Origin: an uncultured Candidatus Saccharibacteria bacterium
GTDB lineage: Bacteria > Patescibacteriota > CAZHWT01
Length of the DNA stretch: 64,000 nt
Direction: 5' to 3'
Assembly (NCBI GenBank): GCA_964597145.1
Contig: CAZQWH010000004.1
Coordinates: 195-64,194, forward strand
Below, piece after piece: positions 61,301 through 64,000 of this stretch (position 1 is its first letter; every line of letters begins with the position of its first letter). Below the pieces are notes generated by a model. The model was not told where the DNA came from and made no database searches. It saw only the letters and a program-made list of their open reading frames with translations. Both the position numbers and the translations under genes were made by a program.

Positions 61301-61603
61301 ATGGATAATCATCATCTAAACGGCGAGAATTGCGATAATATCCCTACACCAACTCCTAAACCCAAGCTTAACCAAAAGAAAATTGAAATTATTAATGGGT
61401 ATACCATTAAGTATCATGCTAACGGTAGAACCAGGTGGTCTAAAGGTAAAATGTTGGGAGATAAAACAGATGGTTATTGGGAATGGTATCGGCCAGATGG
61501 AACTTTAAAACGATCGGGATACTTTAATCTAGGTACACCAACGGGCGAGTGGACCACGTACGACCAGGATGGCAAACCGTATAAAGTTACCAACCGTGGA
61601 TAA
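61301..61603 (+). CDS. MORN-variant repeat (YwqK-like) protein
   Basis: YHANG..G.W.WY.PDG..G.F..G...GEW..YD.DG. Confidence 0.8.
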   Translation: MDNHHLNGENCDNIPTPTPKPKLNQKKIEIINGYTIKYHANGRTRWSKGKMLGDKTDGYWEWYRPDGTLKRSGYFNLGTPTGEWTTYDQDGKPYKVTNRG

Positions 61604-61623
61604 GAACGTCAATCAAACAGTAC

Positions 61624-61659
61624 AAAAATCACCCCGACCTTAGTATAAAGATCGGGGTG
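61624..61659. terminator. Terminator between convergent genes
   Basis: CACCCCGA/TCGGGGTG stem with an A-run on the left. Confidence 0.75.
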
Positions 61660-61680
61660 GTTCTTGTGTCCAGGCAGAGG

Positions 61681-62118
61681 CTACCGGTACTGAATGAATG
61701 CAGCAATGAACAAGGCTTGTCCAGTTGCAGTCACCGCAATACACGCCAACCTTCCTGAAAGTTTGTAAGCGGGCAGAGACCTAGCGCGTCGCGGGTAGGG
61801 CGAGCGCAGGTTAAATTGAAAGCGAGAAGCACGATAAAGAAGATGCGCCTGCGCGACAGCAGAGCATCCATTAGCCAAGACGTACAGGGCAAAAATCGCA
61901 TTGACCCAGCAGGGAGCCGATCCATTAACTGCTATGGCTCCGAGCAATGCCAGGGCAGAGTGAGTCAATACATACAAGAGCAGCATGACCAGCAAAAAGC
62001 AATAATGCTTCCACCGCTCTATGGGGTCAAGGCTATAATAAAACCTAAACGACCACCGTGTAATCTGATACTTGCCAGAGAAGGGCATTTTGCCAACCCA
62101 TTTGGTGAAGCCTTTCAT
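61681..62118 (-). CDS. Hypothetical membrane protein (stand-alone cassette)
   Basis: SD GGAGG, TTGACA-N17-TATGAT promoter, about 3 TMs. Confidence 0.65.
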   Translation of the reverse strand: MKGFTKWVGKMPFSGKYQITRWSFRFYYSLDPIERWKHYCFLLVMLLLYVLTHSALALLGAIAVNGSAPCWVNAIFALYVLANGCSAVAQAHLLYRASRFQFNLRSPYPRRARSLPAYKLSGRLACIAVTATGQALFIAAFIQYR

Positions 62119-62347
62119 CTTCGACCTCCATGGCTAAAACCGTATAAAAAACTAAAAGTGCTTCTCCCTACATCCAGTTGCATCATAATCTATCTCTGTA
62201 ATTTTGTCAACCTATAACATTATCATGTGCAGTTATATAAAATGTTTAATTTATAGACGGGGCGTTATAGTGTGGAGAAACATCAGCATCGACACCCATA
62301 ATTAGGTTCCACTAGTAGGATTTGATTGTGTAATAGACTTGACTTAG

Positions 62348-62791
62348 TTACCAAAAAACCAGCCTAAGCACGGGTGAGAATCCGTGAAGACAGCAACAAA
62401 AAATCCCCATACTACAATTTCTTCTCTGTCATCCTGAACTTGATTCAGGATCTAACCGCCTACCGGTAACTTCGCTTACGCTTCGTAAAATTAGTTCAGA
62501 CTATTAAAATCGATGCTTTAATAGTCTCCTCCTAATTACCGAACCTAGCCTAAACGCTGGTGAGAATCCGTGGAGGTGTAAACGAAAATAACCCAAGTCA
62601 AAAAGACTTGGGTTATTTTGGTGACGCCTACCGGATACTGAATAAATAGAACGCTTGCTCTATTGCTCGTTGGCATAGAGTTGCTTTTCCATTTACCGAA
62701 CAGCGCGTTGCGCGATCAAATCTGTTGCGACATTAACAAAATAACCCGTCACCACAAGGGTAACGGGTTATTTTGGTGACGCCTACCGGAT
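62348..62791 (-). repeat. Three degenerate tandem units linked to the tRNA-Glu 3' end
   Basis: 27-bp exact repeat 62610-62636 = 62765-62791; CGCCTACCGG at 62457; GGTGAGAATCCGTG at 62373 and 62559. Confidence 0.8.
62427..62453 (+). repeat. CGTC-type REP-like palindrome
   Basis: TGTCATCCTGAACTTGATTCAGGATCT. Confidence 0.8.
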
Positions 62792-62849
62792 TCGAACCGG
62801 TGATTTCTTGGATGAAAACCAAGCGTCTTAACCACTTGACCAAGGCGCC
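62774..62849 (-). tRNA. tRNA-Glu(TTC)
   Basis: GGCGCCT..AGGCGTC-ACCA; anticodon arm CTTGG-TTTTCAT-CCAAG. Confidence 0.96.
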
Positions 62850-63063
62850 ATGGGCAGCACGGTAGTGCTGCGAATAACTAAATACTGGCCACATCGTGGC
62901 CGTGCCGCATTGTATCAGTGAAGACTAAACGCTGTCAATCGTGCATAAAAAACAATACCAAAGTGCATTCTTGGGCGGTTAATAGGTGTACAATGGTTGC
63001 ATAAGTTGTATAAGGCTATTTCATGATTGTCCATATTAGGACAAGCTAGCTTAGGAGGTAGGT

Positions 63064-63477
63064 ATGACCGCAGATGAACAGAAAGCTATGTTTGAAAGGG
63101 TAATTGAGGAGGGGTTTAACCAAGGTAATGTATCCGTCTTAGATGAGTGCTATCCAGCCGAGTATTTGGAGCATCAGTTTGATTTACCTTCGAATCTGGC
63201 TGATTTTAAAGGCAGTGTGGCGTATTTACACCATACATTTGCCCCATTTAGCTTAACTATTAAAGATCTGGTAGTGGACAACGATAAAGTCTGGGCTCGC
63301 TTAATTGCCCAAGGCACAGATAGTCAAGGGTTAAATGGACAGCCGGCCACAGGGAAATCTTTTACGATTACGGTTATCGATATCTGCCGCTTTGCCGATG
63401 GCAAAATTGTTGAGCATTGGGGTGTACCAGATCGTTTTCATCAACTGGTTCAGCTAGGAGTAATTCCGCAGCCATAA
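63064..63477 (+). CDS. SnoaL-like ester cyclase / NTF2-fold protein
   Basis: DLVVDNDKVWAR, PATGK, FADGKIVEHWG; SD AGGAGG. Confidence 0.88.
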   Translation: MTADEQKAMFERVIEEGFNQGNVSVLDECYPAEYLEHQFDLPSNLADFKGSVAYLHHTFAPFSLTIKDLVVDNDKVWARLIAQGTDSQGLNGQPATGKSFTITVIDICRFADGKIVEHWGVPDRFHQLVQLGVIPQP

Positions 63478-63499
63478 CGGTATCTGTTGTTTAGAATAG

Positions 63500-63527
63500 A
63501 GAAAGTTATATTTAAATATAACTTTCT
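63500..63527. promoter_or_regulatory. 28-bp perfect palindrome (candidate parS or operator, copy 3)
   Basis: AGAAAGTTATATTTAAATATAACTTTCT. Confidence 0.55.
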
Positions 63528-63541
63528 AGAAAGGGTTAATA

Positions 63542-63718
63542 ATGAGTACTCGAAGTCAAGATGAGCGCCAAGTCAGAAAACTACTCAGAATGGGCGACAG
63601 TTTGGGATTAACTATTCCGGTAGAGCTACTTGATCACCTACGCTGGCGGGAAGGTCAAAAAGTAACGGTAAAGAGTTGGGGTAAGGGCAAACTCTTAATC
63701 GAAGACTGGCAGGAATAA
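63542..63718 (+). CDS. AbrB/MazE/SpoVT-family DNA-binding protein (58 aa; absent from the ORF track)
   Basis: Manual translation MSTRSQDERQVRKLLRMGDSLGLTIPVELLDHLRWREGQKVTVKSWGKGKLLIEDWQE. Confidence 0.85.
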   Translation: MSTRSQDERQVRKLLRMGDSLGLTIPVELLDHLRWREGQKVTVKSWGKGKLLIEDWQE

Positions 63719-63775
63719 TGACTTAAGCTATTCCATGAATTTAGGAACTTGGCCATAATAAGTTATACTGGATCT

Positions 63776-63982
63776 ATGGTAAAGAACCACCAAAATAAAC
63801 AACCCCAAGGCTCATCACGCGCAACTGGAGCAGGAGCAGCCATTGGCATAATCGTCGGGGTTATATTGGGCATTGTGGTGTTTAAGAATGTAGGGATTGG
63901 CATAGCCGTCGGCTTAACCCTAGGCGTAGCCATTGGATCTTCATACCATACCCCGCCCAAAAAGAAGCCATCAAAAAAGTAA
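63776..63982 (+). CDS. Small glycine-zipper membrane protein
   Basis: GAAIGIIVGVILG..GIGIAVGLTLGVAIG; TATACT six nt before ATG. Confidence 0.7.
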   Translation: MVKNHQNKQPQGSSRATGAGAAIGIIVGVILGIVVFKNVGIGIAVGLTLGVAIGSSYHTPPKKKPSKK

Positions 63983-64000
63983 CCGTGAAGACTAAAAATA

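Noticed and set aside
62348-62791. Possible CRISPR array or prophage att pair
   Set aside because: The repeat is a tRNA 3' end, the units are 155 bp or longer, and no integrase or phage genes are present.

Overview
This is 64 kb of chromosomal backbone from a reduced-genome bacterium. Gene content and style (short F1 delta subunit, type-2 IleRS, GatCAB, dcd-dut-tmk, many leaderless genes) point to Patescibacteria/CPR using genetic code 11; this taxonomy is an inference. Core loci are murG-ftsQ-ftsA-(insertions)-ftsZ-dsbB-dsbA, a dcd-NUDIX-dut-tmk-cmk operon, ileS-rodA, rplU-rpmA, a solo parB, lepB, a flippase/GT4/two-ligase glycosylation locus, lemA-htpX, gatCAB, dnaE, rplS-yraN, murT-gatD, a full F1Fo ATP synthase operon and five tRNAs (Thr, Gly, Asp, Lys, Glu). 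I found no CRISPR array, rRNA, integrase or transposase. The most interesting signals are mostly non-coding. (1) An identical 16-bp palindrome TTATATTTAAATATAA occurs three times, once beside a ParB with non-canonical DNA-specificity residues, making it a candidate new parS. (2) A repeat module attached to duplicated tRNA 3' ends occurs at both tRNA-Glu and tRNA-Lys; at Lys it brackets a GIY-YIG nuclease plus cargo. (3) A rod-shaped candidate ncRNA with a terminator lies before dnaE. (4) Inverted heptamer arrays and CGTC-type palindromes are dispersed and nested in intergenic space. (5) Several self-contained promoter-SD-ORFan-terminator cassettes encode small proteins. (6) IleRS has a GVHH signature. 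All alignments and folds were done by eye.
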